From positions 1 through 19,203 of the forward strand of contig CAYMPD010000020.1 in assembly GCA_964392445.1 (NCBI GenBank): a DNA stretch of 19,203 nt, in the 5' to 3' direction. Of this stretch, positions 8,310-16,051 are shown in pieces. The position numbers were made by a program, and so were the translations under genes. The stretch is from an uncultured archaeon (GTDB lineage Archaea > Aenigmatarchaeota > Aenigmatarchaeia > CG10238-14). The notes beneath the pieces were generated by a model. The model was not told the DNA's origin. It saw only the letters and a program-made list of their open reading frames with translations, and did no database searches. The number at the start of each line of letters is the position of its first letter. Positions within the stretch are counted from its first letter, which is position 1.

Positions 8310-8933
8310 TTAGAAATAATTTCGGAGATAATCAAACACAATCTGAGACCATCCTTCCATTTTATTTCTTACTCTTTTTGCCTCAAACAATGTCATCATC
8401 TTTCCTGATAATTTATCTTTTTCCCTGACTTCTATTCTGTTATTCAACCCTTCTACCAGAAATACCACACCAAAATGAACCCTTCCTACACTGTCCTTGT
8501 CATCGTTAATAAATCCAATTATCTTGGCATCATAGTCATAAGGATAATCCACTTCCTCCTCGAACTCCCTTTCCATCCCCTCCCAAAGAATATCAGTTTT
8601 AGCATTATCATCGATTGGGTTAATGTGTCCACCTATACCCATTGAGTATTTCTCGACTAGTCTTTCTTCCTCACTTCTTGGTAACCGCTTGTAAACGAAG
8701 TAATTGTTCTTATGTTTGAAGATTATGTATGGGATTATTTGTTTCATTGATTCATCCTGCTCAGCAGGGATTTTTTGTTTAGAAGAGGTTGTTTTTCTTA
8801 GGATGAATCTTGAATGTTTTTTGATTACATTCTCAAATTCTAGATTTTTTCTTGGCTGAAATCCTTCGAAGTATCTTTGATTTTTCTTTCCGAATAATTC
8901 TTTTCGGGGGACTACTAGTATCTTTTCAGGCAT
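8310..8933 (-). CDS. Predicted NUDIX-family phosphoesterase (COG4112-like)
   Basis: AEQDESMKQIIPY, YSMGIGGHINP, REFEEEV and VGRVHFGVVF motifs. Confidence 0.85.
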   Translation of the reverse strand: MPEKILVVPRKELFGKKNQRYFEGFQPRKNLEFENVIKKHSRFILRKTTSSKQKIPAEQDESMKQIIPYIIFKHKNNYFVYKRLPRSEEERLVEKYSMGIGGHINPIDDNAKTDILWEGMEREFEEEVDYPYDYDAKIIGFINDDKDSVGRVHFGVVFLVEGLNNRIEVREKDKLSGKMMTLFEAKRVRNKMEGWSQIVFDYLRNYF

Positions 8934-8988
8934 GGTAGGATTATTTATGATTCAAGATATTTGAGTGTTAATTTCTATATAAAAATTA

Positions 8989-9255
8989 ATGGTTAGAATC
9001 CAAGCCTCACCAAATTGGAGGGAATTACCGAGAGGAATAAGAAGAAGATTGGATAGGAGGTATAATAGACTTTTGCCTCTAAATTCTAATAGGATAAGAT
9101 TAACAGTTGACATCGGAGAGAGAGGTTTGAAAGAAGGCCAAGAGTTAACAGTATATGCATATGTTCACCAAAAAGAATCTAATGTTTATTATTATGTAGT
9201 ACGTGTAAATGGAGAATATTCTTCCATTGAAAATTGGAAATGTGTGGAGTTTTAG
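8989..9255 (+). CDS. Hypothetical protein
   Basis: 88-aa ORF filling the gap, convergent with valS. Confidence 0.6.
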   Translation: MVRIQASPNWRELPRGIRRRLDRRYNRLLPLNSNRIRLTVDIGERGLKEGQELTVYAYVHQKESNVYYYVVRVNGEYSSIENWKCVEF

Positions 9256-9262
9256 TTATTAT

Positions 9263-11614
9263 CTAAGAAATATTATGCATCTTAACTAAATCCTTCTCAA
9301 AGATTTTCAAATCAGCAGGAACTTCAACCTCAATCTCATCTTTCATACTCAGTCCTTGATCCTTTTTCATCTTCCAGACCTTACTGTTGAATTCAAGTAA
9401 CCTTTCCGTCGACTTATCCATCCCATAATCCCAATCCAATTCAGGATAAGAAACCGTGCAAATACTCTTGTCAGAATACAATTCCATCCACAGATAATCA
9501 GTGATGAATGGTATAATTGGAGATAGTATCTTGAGAATATTTTTCAGAACCGTATGGAGTGTATACCATGTAGCTTTCTGTTCCTCCTCACTGAATCCTT
9601 GACCATAAGCTCTTGACTTAACCATTTCAATGTAATGAGAAGCAAATGTATCCCAAACAAAATTCCTGATGTCCTCGGCAATAAGACTGAACTCGTAAAC
9701 TTCGTAATTTCTCTTAGTCCTTTCCACAAGCAATCTTAACTCATCAAGTATCCATTTATCAGAATCTGTTAATTTCAAATCTTCTTCGGGTTCAGGGTAC
9801 ATCGAAATAAACCTACTAACATTCCAGAACTTGGTCAAGAACTTGGCATTACCTTCAATCCTTTCAAATGAACAACGAATATCCCCTTTAGTAATATTAC
9901 CTTCAAGACATGACCAGATTCTGAAAGCCTCAGCACCATATTTCTCAAGAATCTCCTGAGGATCAATTACATTCCCTAGAGATTTAGACATCTTTATCCC
10001 TTTTTCGTCAACAACATGCATGTGTATCCAACAATGTTTGAAGGGTTCTAACCCATACAGATGCAGTGATTTCAGGATGGTGTAATACAACCAACATCTA
10101 ACAATCTCTTTACCCTGCGGTCTCATCGAACATGGCATATGCTCATTGAAGAATTTTTTGTCCCACAGATATCCCATAACATAAGCTTCAGATGAGGATG
10201 AATCAAACCAGGTATCAAATGTTCTTTCTTCTCCCCTCCATTTTTCCCCTCCACACTCCGGACATTTTTTAATCGGACAAGGATCTTTCCATGGTTGGTA
10301 GTATTTACCTTTCTCAGGAACATAAGTATAACCACATTTCTCGCAGTACCACAAAGGAACTTCTGTACCATAATAACGTCTTCTAGATAAAACCCAGTCA
10401 ATTGTTATTGAATTAATCCAGTTCATGAGTATCTGCTTACTTTCAGGGGCAAAGAATTTCATCTTATTTGAAACTTTTTTTAGTTCTTCTATGTAGTCGA
10501 CTTGTTTGAGGTAAAATTCCTTTAAGGCCACGAATTCGATTGGTGTTTTTGACCTCCAGCAGATTGGTTGTCTTTGGTCAGTAGTTTCTTGTTTAACTAG
10601 AAGATTTTGTTCTTCCAGCTCTTCAATTATTTTCTCTCTCGCTTCCTCTACTGTCATCCCCTTGTAATCTCCTGCGACCTTAGTCATCTTACCCTCTGTG
10701 TCAATCGCATAGCTAGGGTCTATCTCCAATTCTCTCAATGTCCTGATGTCTGTGTAGTCCCCAAATGAACAAATCATCATCAGACCAGAACCAAACTCCA
10801 TCTTGGCGATAGGATGAGGCATAATTTCGACTTCTAGACCAAATATCGGAACGACGGCTTTTTTATTTTTCAGATGTTGATATCTTTCATCTTCAGGATT
10901 GTATAAAACTACTTTACAAGTACACAGTAACTCGGGCCTTGTTGTAGCAATAATTATTTCTTCATCGGTATCTTTGACCTTGAACTTAAGATGGTTTAAC
11001 TTAGTTGTCTTTTCTCGGTATTCCACTTCGGCATCGGCAATAGCAGTTCCACACACTGAGCAGTAATTGGTAGGTTTAAGGTCCTCATAAATCAATCCCT
11101 TTTTCCAAAGATCTATGAATGTTTCCTGAGTTAATCTTCTATACTCGGGGTCATCGGTATCATATCTTCCAGATATCTCGTACTTGACATCCCACTGATT
11201 GCAACTCAATCCTAATCTTTTAAATGAATCTAAAGACTTATCACCTGATTTCTCGATCATTTCCTTGCATAATTTGATAAATTTTTCTCTTGGTGTCTCA
11301 TGCATATTAATTCCATAAACCTTCTCGGTCTGGACTTCGATTGGTAAACCGTTCTTATCTAAACCCAAAGGGAATAAAACTTCGTGACCTAGCATTCTTT
11401 TGGAACGAGCCATGATATCCTGCCATACATAAGTGTAAGCATGGCCAATGTGGATAGGTGTGTTAACATAAGGAGGTGGTGTATCGATTGAGAATAATGG
11501 TTTTTTGGAATTTTTATTGAATTTGAATAGCTGTTCCTCCTGCCACATATCCCACAAAGGTTTCTCTAAAGACTTATCCCATCTTTTTTTCTTGATTTTA
11601 GGTTTAAACTTCAT
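9263..11614 (-). CDS. valS: Valyl-tRNA synthetase (archaeal type)
   Basis: FSIDTPPPYVN..IHIGH (HIGH), ATTRPEL, WVLSRRRYYG, DTWFDSS and KMSKS motifs. It has no bacterial C-terminal coiled coil. Confidence 0.96.
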   Translation of the reverse strand: MKFKPKIKKKRWDKSLEKPLWDMWQEEQLFKFNKNSKKPLFSIDTPPPYVNTPIHIGHAYTYVWQDIMARSKRMLGHEVLFPLGLDKNGLPIEVQTEKVYGINMHETPREKFIKLCKEMIEKSGDKSLDSFKRLGLSCNQWDVKYEISGRYDTDDPEYRRLTQETFIDLWKKGLIYEDLKPTNYCSVCGTAIADAEVEYREKTTKLNHLKFKVKDTDEEIIIATTRPELLCTCKVVLYNPEDERYQHLKNKKAVVPIFGLEVEIMPHPIAKMEFGSGLMMICSFGDYTDIRTLRELEIDPSYAIDTEGKMTKVAGDYKGMTVEEAREKIIEELEEQNLLVKQETTDQRQPICWRSKTPIEFVALKEFYLKQVDYIEELKKVSNKMKFFAPESKQILMNWINSITIDWVLSRRRYYGTEVPLWYCEKCGYTYVPEKGKYYQPWKDPCPIKKCPECGGEKWRGEERTFDTWFDSSSSEAYVMGYLWDKKFFNEHMPCSMRPQGKEIVRCWLYYTILKSLHLYGLEPFKHCWIHMHVVDEKGIKMSKSLGNVIDPQEILEKYGAEAFRIWSCLEGNITKGDIRCSFERIEGNAKFLTKFWNVSRFISMYPEPEEDLKLTDSDKWILDELRLLVERTKRNYEVYEFSLIAEDIRNFVWDTFASHYIEMVKSRAYGQGFSEEEQKATWYTLHTVLKNILKILSPIIPFITDYLWMELYSDKSICTVSYPELDWDYGMDKSTERLLEFNSKVWKMKKDQGLSMKDEIEVEVPADLKIFEKDLVKMHNIS

Positions 11615-11717
11615 ATCTATTAGATTTGTAGGACGAGATTTAAAAATATCACTGTGGTTGTTAATTTTATCCTAAAGTTTGACGTTTATTTTTTAAACAA
11701 ATAAGGAATAGCATATA

Positions 11718-11999
11718 CTAAATCAATTTATCTCGTTCAGATTCGTAAAATGAAACGGCTTCTTGAAAATCCCCCGAAAGAGATTTCCCATATAGAAGAG
11801 CTATACCTGTTCTAATTAGTTTTCTCCTTGCTTCCACATAAGGCCCACTTTGATTCTCTATTAATTGATTCAAAAGTCTACCATATTTATTACTTAATCT
11901 ATCGAATTCTATTGGATCAAAATTCCTATTTTCTTTCAGTAAAGTTGCCATTTCTAGACCTATATCTACAAGTTCTAATCTCGGGTTTCTTTCATCCAT
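11718..11999 (-). CDS. Hypothetical helical protein
   Basis: 93-aa ORF with no motif recognised. Confidence 0.6.
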   Translation of the reverse strand: MDERNPRLELVDIGLEMATLLKENRNFDPIEFDRLSNKYGRLLNQLIENQSGPYVEARRKLIRTGIALLYGKSLSGDFQEAVSFYESERDKLI

Positions 12000-12032
12000 A
12001 TGGATAATTAAAAGATTATATTTATAAATAGT

Positions 12033-12758
12033 TCAAAAAAACTTTTCCAAACCAGGTTTCAACTCTTCAGGATCAATCTCCACAAGACCCTCATTCAACG
12101 CCAAACCAGCATTAAGAACAGGAACACCATCAACCCAAACTTCTTTCCGACCACGATGGGCGTGACCAGTTATAACCAAATCCAAGTCCTGCTCAAGCAA
12201 AACCTTCTCCATTCTTCCACAAGCCAACTCAGGATGACTTCTAGGATTTTCAGTACCAAGACTCTTGTAAGTAGGAGGATAGTGAATAAGAAGAATCTTG
12301 TAATCAACTTTAAGTTCAACAAGTAAATCCGCAATCTTACTAATTCTCTCGGTATAAGTCTCTGCGATTCCAGGGATATTATTCCTCTGCCACCAGGTTG
12401 GTCTATCCAGACTTCCTTTACTTCCAACTATACCTACTTTCTGACCCTCAATATCTACAACCACGCTCTCATCCTGAAGAAATGTCATCTCAGGATTTTC
12501 ATTTCTTATCTGCTCCCAATGCTGGATGAACTCATTATTACCAAAACAAGTAAATATCGGACAATTGATCTTTCCAAACATTGCATTTGAAACTTTCCTC
12601 AACTCTGTGAACGGTCCGGATTCTCTGGTCGCCTTTCTATCAATCAAATCCCCAGCTATCAAAAACAGGTCTGGCTGGATTGTGATGTTGTTTATTTCTT
12701 TAACAAACATATCGTAATGAACCGGTGAGTGGATATCTCCAGTTGCTGTTATTAACAT
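12033..12758 (-). CDS. Calcineurin-like metallophosphoesterase
   Basis: GDIH, AGDL, FGNNE, IHYPP and GHAH motifs in the canonical order. Confidence 0.92.
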   Translation of the reverse strand: MLITATGDIHSPVHYDMFVKEINNITIQPDLFLIAGDLIDRKATRESGPFTELRKVSNAMFGKINCPIFTCFGNNEFIQHWEQIRNENPEMTFLQDESVVVDIEGQKVGIVGSKGSLDRPTWWQRNNIPGIAETYTERISKIADLLVELKVDYKILLIHYPPTYKSLGTENPRSHPELACGRMEKVLLEQDLDLVITGHAHRGRKEVWVDGVPVLNAGLALNEGLVEIDPEELKPGLEKFF

Positions 12759-12769
12759 AAGTTATCTGT

Positions 12770-12805
12770 AGAATAGTTTTGGTTGGTAGGTTTTTAAATG
12801 TCTTT
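12770..12805 (-). repeat. 36-bp direct repeat copy 1, containing the TATA-like promoter of the metallophosphoesterase gene
   Basis: 34 of 36 bases identical to 13248-13283. On the minus strand it reads AAAGACATTTAAAAACC..., with the TATA-like box about 33-40 nt upstream of the ATG at 12758. Confidence 0.85.
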
Positions 12806-12821
12806 GTTTTGTTCAAAAAAA

Positions 12822-13145
12822 TTAATCTATGTGAGCTTCAGCTCTATATTGTGAAATAGATTCCTGTAAATATCCCCTTAAATCATGTTCTCTGAATCCT
12901 GAGTAAATCTCATTAAAACAACCTAAAAGACAATCAAGTACTTCATCTACTCCTTTTCTTTCAACGCCACCATCTAATTTACAGTATATATTTCTTTTAT
13001 CAGCAACAAGATTAGTCACAAAAAGCATTCGATTTACTCGAGATAATCTCCATCCCTCTCCTCCAAGAAAAAAATTTGCTTCTTCTTCGTAATGTCTCCC
13101 GTTCTCTGTACTTCCTCTAACTCTTCCACCGAAATCCAATGTCAT
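12822..13145 (-). CDS. Hypothetical protein between the direct repeats
   Basis: 107-aa ORF with no recognised motif. Confidence 0.65.
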   Translation of the reverse strand: MTLDFGGRVRGSTENGRHYEEEANFFLGGEGWRLSRVNRMLFVTNLVADKRNIYCKLDGGVERKGVDEVLDCLLGCFNEIYSGFREHDLRGYLQESISQYRAEAHID

Positions 13146-13247
13146 ATTAATCTAGTCCTAATAGTTGAAATTAAAACTTAAATAAGCCACCTAAATCCCC
13201 ATATTAACTTGATTTTATACAAGATAGAAGTCAAGGATGTCCTTTCG

Positions 13248-13283
13248 AGAATAATTTTGGTTGGTAGATTTTTAAATGTCTTT
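13248..13283 (-). repeat. 36-bp direct repeat copy 2
   Basis: agaataattttggttggtagatttttaaatgtcttt versus agaatagttttggttggtaggtttttaaatgtcttt at 12770. Confidence 0.85.
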
Positions 13284-13316
13284 ATTTCTTCAAACACGAG
13301 TAAAGCCTAATTTACC

Positions 13317-14078
13317 TTAGGACAAAAGGTCTTCAATCATGATGGGAAATGGTTTATAGGGTTGTTTGGCCCAATTAAGCCTCCCCCGTATTTCCTTCTC
13401 ATAATCCTGTGGGGATCCAGGTAAACTCGAAACTAATAGAGGATAAGCTTCATTAACCATTCTAGTAAATAAGAATCCATCAGCAACATTCATTAGTTTA
13501 ACAGAATCTCTAGTTATTTCACCCTCTTTTAGATCCTCTCCAATTCTCCTTCCAAATTCATCTAAAAGACGACCAAAATACCTTGCTAAATAATCTTCCA
13601 AGTAAGAAGGGACTCCCCACTCTATTTCTTCAATAGAATGATCAAAACCCCTGAAAGAAAATCTATAACCGGGTGACCGTCCCATTAACTCTTTTGCTAA
13701 AGGTGTTTCTGTTGAAATTCTACCCTGATACCTACTTCCACCATCTATATCACTAGTAGCTGCTATAAGATATCTCTCCATTTCATTTTCAATATCCAAT
13801 AACACAGATGCTCCTATTTCGACTTTTTGTATATTTGGAATCTCCTTCTTGGGTTTTATTACATTTTCATATTTATCTCTCTTAGCTCGTTGTTCTGCAA
13901 CTTTTTGACCAGCTACCATAAAATCTCTTTGTGCTTGTTCGAATGCAAAGTCTTCTTTCCAATCCAGATTCTCATCCGCTGCGTTTCCTATTTCAGCTTG
14001 AGAGAGGGTTCTTTCTCTAAACTTCCGAGCTAAATCAACATCCATTAAAAGATATTCAAAGTATAATATATCAGTCAT
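13317..14078 (-). CDS. GreA/GreB-family transcription elongation factor-like protein with a C-terminal extension
   Basis: EIGNAADENLDWKEDFAFEQAQRD aligns by eye with the GreA coiled-coil tip ([22 protein letters not shown]). The C-domain has VEIGASV and ISTETPLAKELMGRSPG. About 95 extra C-terminal residues follow. Confidence 0.75.
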   Translation of the reverse strand: MTDILYFEYLLMDVDLARKFRERTLSQAEIGNAADENLDWKEDFAFEQAQRDFMVAGQKVAEQRAKRDKYENVIKPKKEIPNIQKVEIGASVLLDIENEMERYLIAATSDIDGGSRYQGRISTETPLAKELMGRSPGYRFSFRGFDHSIEEIEWGVPSYLEDYLARYFGRLLDEFGRRIGEDLKEGEITRDSVKLMNVADGFLFTRMVNEAYPLLVSSLPGSPQDYEKEIRGRLNWAKQPYKPFPIMIEDLLS

Positions 14079-14126
14079 TGCTATCTACCCTTCTTTCAAA
14101 AACCAAAATTTAAATAAATTACAGTT

Positions 14127-14675
14127 TTATTCAGCATTTAAAACCCTTATAAAGTGTAATAATATAGATAGTGTATCTTTAACAGAGAGTTCCTCGTTAT
14201 CCAAAACTAAATCATAAATACTTAAATCGTCTAAATCAAATCCGTATCTCTTTTTCAGCCTCTCTCTAGATCTCTTATTTCTTTCTCTAACATTATTTAA
14301 AGCTACTTCCATAGGTGTTTCAATTCCTTTTAATGAATCTCTATAGACTACTCTACGAGCTGTTTCCTCTTCTGAACACTTAAGCCATATTTTAATAGCT
14401 TCAGGGCAAAGAAAAGCCCCTAAACGACTATCTATGATAACATTTCCTTCTTTATATGCTTTTAAAATCTCTTGATTTACAAAATCATCCACTTCTTCTG
14501 GTGCCCTAGCCACATATCTTATTAGTTCAGAATTAGATTCTTCTGCAATTCTCCTAAAAATTTCACCAGCACAGAAATAATCTAAACCTAATTCACCAGA
14601 AACTAATTTAGACATATAAGATTTTCCTGATCCTGAATATCCAGAAATTGTTACCGGTCTCATATCTTCATTCAT
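14127..14675 (-). CDS. Cytidylate-kinase-like NMP kinase (archaeal Cmk family)
   Basis: VTISGYSGSGKS P-loop, AGEIFRRIAEE, IIDSRLG, IWLKCS..ARRV..RD and RYGFDLDDLSIYDLVLD. The start was placed at the ATG preceded by GGAG; the ORF-track start is 14705. Confidence 0.88.
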   Translation of the reverse strand: MNEDMRPVTISGYSGSGKSYMSKLVSGELGLDYFCAGEIFRRIAEESNSELIRYVARAPEEVDDFVNQEILKAYKEGNVIIDSRLGAFLCPEAIKIWLKCSEEETARRVVYRDSLKGIETPMEVALNNVRERNKRSRERLKKRYGFDLDDLSIYDLVLDNEELSVKDTLSILLHFIRVLNAE

Positions 14676-14751
14676 TTTAAACTCCAATCTGAACCATAAT
14701 AACAAAGGTTAAACATAAATATCTTGCACTACTATGAAATGCTAGTATCCA

Positions 14752-16050
14752 ATGAAAGAAGCTATATTCAGTAGATACCCAATTTTAGAGACTCTTCCAG
14801 AATTAGCTGGCTACAAGACACTTTTTCTCAATTTAGGTGTTGACTGTGATTCAGATCTACAAGAAAGGCTATCTTATTTGTCTGAAATGAAGACGAAGCA
14901 CAGGATTAAGAAGCATAGAGTAAGAGATGGGAAGTTGATAGATGTATCCAAAGATACTTCAATAATCCCAAGCGAAGTAATTTTAGAAAGAGATGGGGAA
15001 AGAACTCTATCAAAAGTATCTTACAGACCAGACTCTCCACTGAAACTCGAAGTATATGATGGAGGGTTACATTTAGTAGATACAGAAACTGATGAAGAAT
15101 TAGAAGTTGGAATTCAACCTGTCCCCAGAAGGAGTTATTCGGACTTAAGAATACCTTCAGGAAGACGAGCACGTGAAGGCACGAAATTGAGTGATTACGT
15201 ACAAATTTTAGGGATGGATAGGATAGGTGTATTAGCATATTCTGGATGCCAACATTGGCTTGAAGGTAAAATGTGTCGTTTTTGTGATGAAAACCCAAAA
15301 AGATCAGGAGAACTGGGTGGTATGCCATCACTTAATACTTTAAGAGATTTCGATAACGACGTAGAGGAATGGTGGATGTACCATGGACCTGCTTATATAG
15401 ATGGAATAGCATATGCTTTTCAGGAATTACTTGAGACTGAAGATATATCACCCCATATTCATCTTCAACTGATGGCAGGTAATTTACAAGACGTTGAGGA
15501 AGAATGGGAGATTTGTACCGAAATAGCAACTACCTTAAATTCAGTGCGAGACTTATCTACTATAGATAGTTATCTAAATATTGTACCCCCGAGAGAGAGT
15601 AGAACACCTTATTTACAAAGGGGTAAATATCTTGGTTTCAGAAATATAGCGTTTAACCTCGAAGTATTCGGGGAAGAAAAATTTGAAGAAGTTTGTCCTG
15701 GAAAAGCAGAGTTATTTGGATACCAAAATATGGTGGATGCACTTAAAGAATCTGTTAGATATTTCGGTCATGGTAAAGTAAGGAGTAATTTCGTGTTGGG
15801 AGCACAACCAGTCCATGAACTTTTAAGAGGTATTAGAGAATTAGCCAAAGATGGTATAGTTTCAGATTATAGTATATTTGTTCCTAAAAGAGGGACCCCT
15901 TGGGCCAACAAGGAAGCTCCAAGTATGGAAACCGTTGTTAGATTCACAAATGAATTAGTAAATGTATACCGAGAACATGGTTTTAAAGGTATTTACTGTG
16001 GATTAAGCAGTAGATCCAATGTACTGCATGAAGTATTAGAGGGATATTAA
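14752..16050 (+). CDS. Radical SAM protein with an atypical CX8CX2C motif
   Basis: GCQHWLEGKMCRFC at 15247-15285. Downstream NLEVF...VCPGK, SNFVLG and IFVPKRGTP resemble the barrel motifs of BioB/LipA-like and MSMEG_0568-like radical SAM enzymes. Confidence 0.85.
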   Translation: MKEAIFSRYPILETLPELAGYKTLFLNLGVDCDSDLQERLSYLSEMKTKHRIKKHRVRDGKLIDVSKDTSIIPSEVILERDGERTLSKVSYRPDSPLKLEVYDGGLHLVDTETDEELEVGIQPVPRRSYSDLRIPSGRRAREGTKLSDYVQILGMDRIGVLAYSGCQHWLEGKMCRFCDENPKRSGELGGMPSLNTLRDFDNDVEEWWMYHGPAYIDGIAYAFQELLETEDISPHIHLQLMAGNLQDVEEEWEICTEIATTLNSVRDLSTIDSYLNIVPPRESRTPYLQRGKYLGFRNIAFNLEVFGEEKFEEVCPGKAELFGYQNMVDALKESVRYFGHGKVRSNFVLGAQPVHELLRGIRELAKDGIVSDYSIFVPKRGTPWANKEAPSMETVVRFTNELVNVYREHGFKGIYCGLSSRSNVLHEVLEGY

Positions 16051-16051
16051 A

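Noticed and set aside
8989-9255. Loose resemblance of the C-terminal half to DUF4926/SH3-like small domains
   Set aside because: Too few conserved positions to support without a profile search, so it is left as hypothetical.
13193-13202. AAATCCCCAT matching the tRNA-Ala 3' region as a possible second att site
   Set aside because: It is only 10 bp and inverted relative to the tRNA gene, whereas att sites should be direct repeats.
14752-16050. Calling the radical SAM protein a prokaryotic viperin
   Set aside because: It lacks the viperin CX3CX2C context, and its barrel motifs fit other subfamilies. Only the gene layout is analogous.
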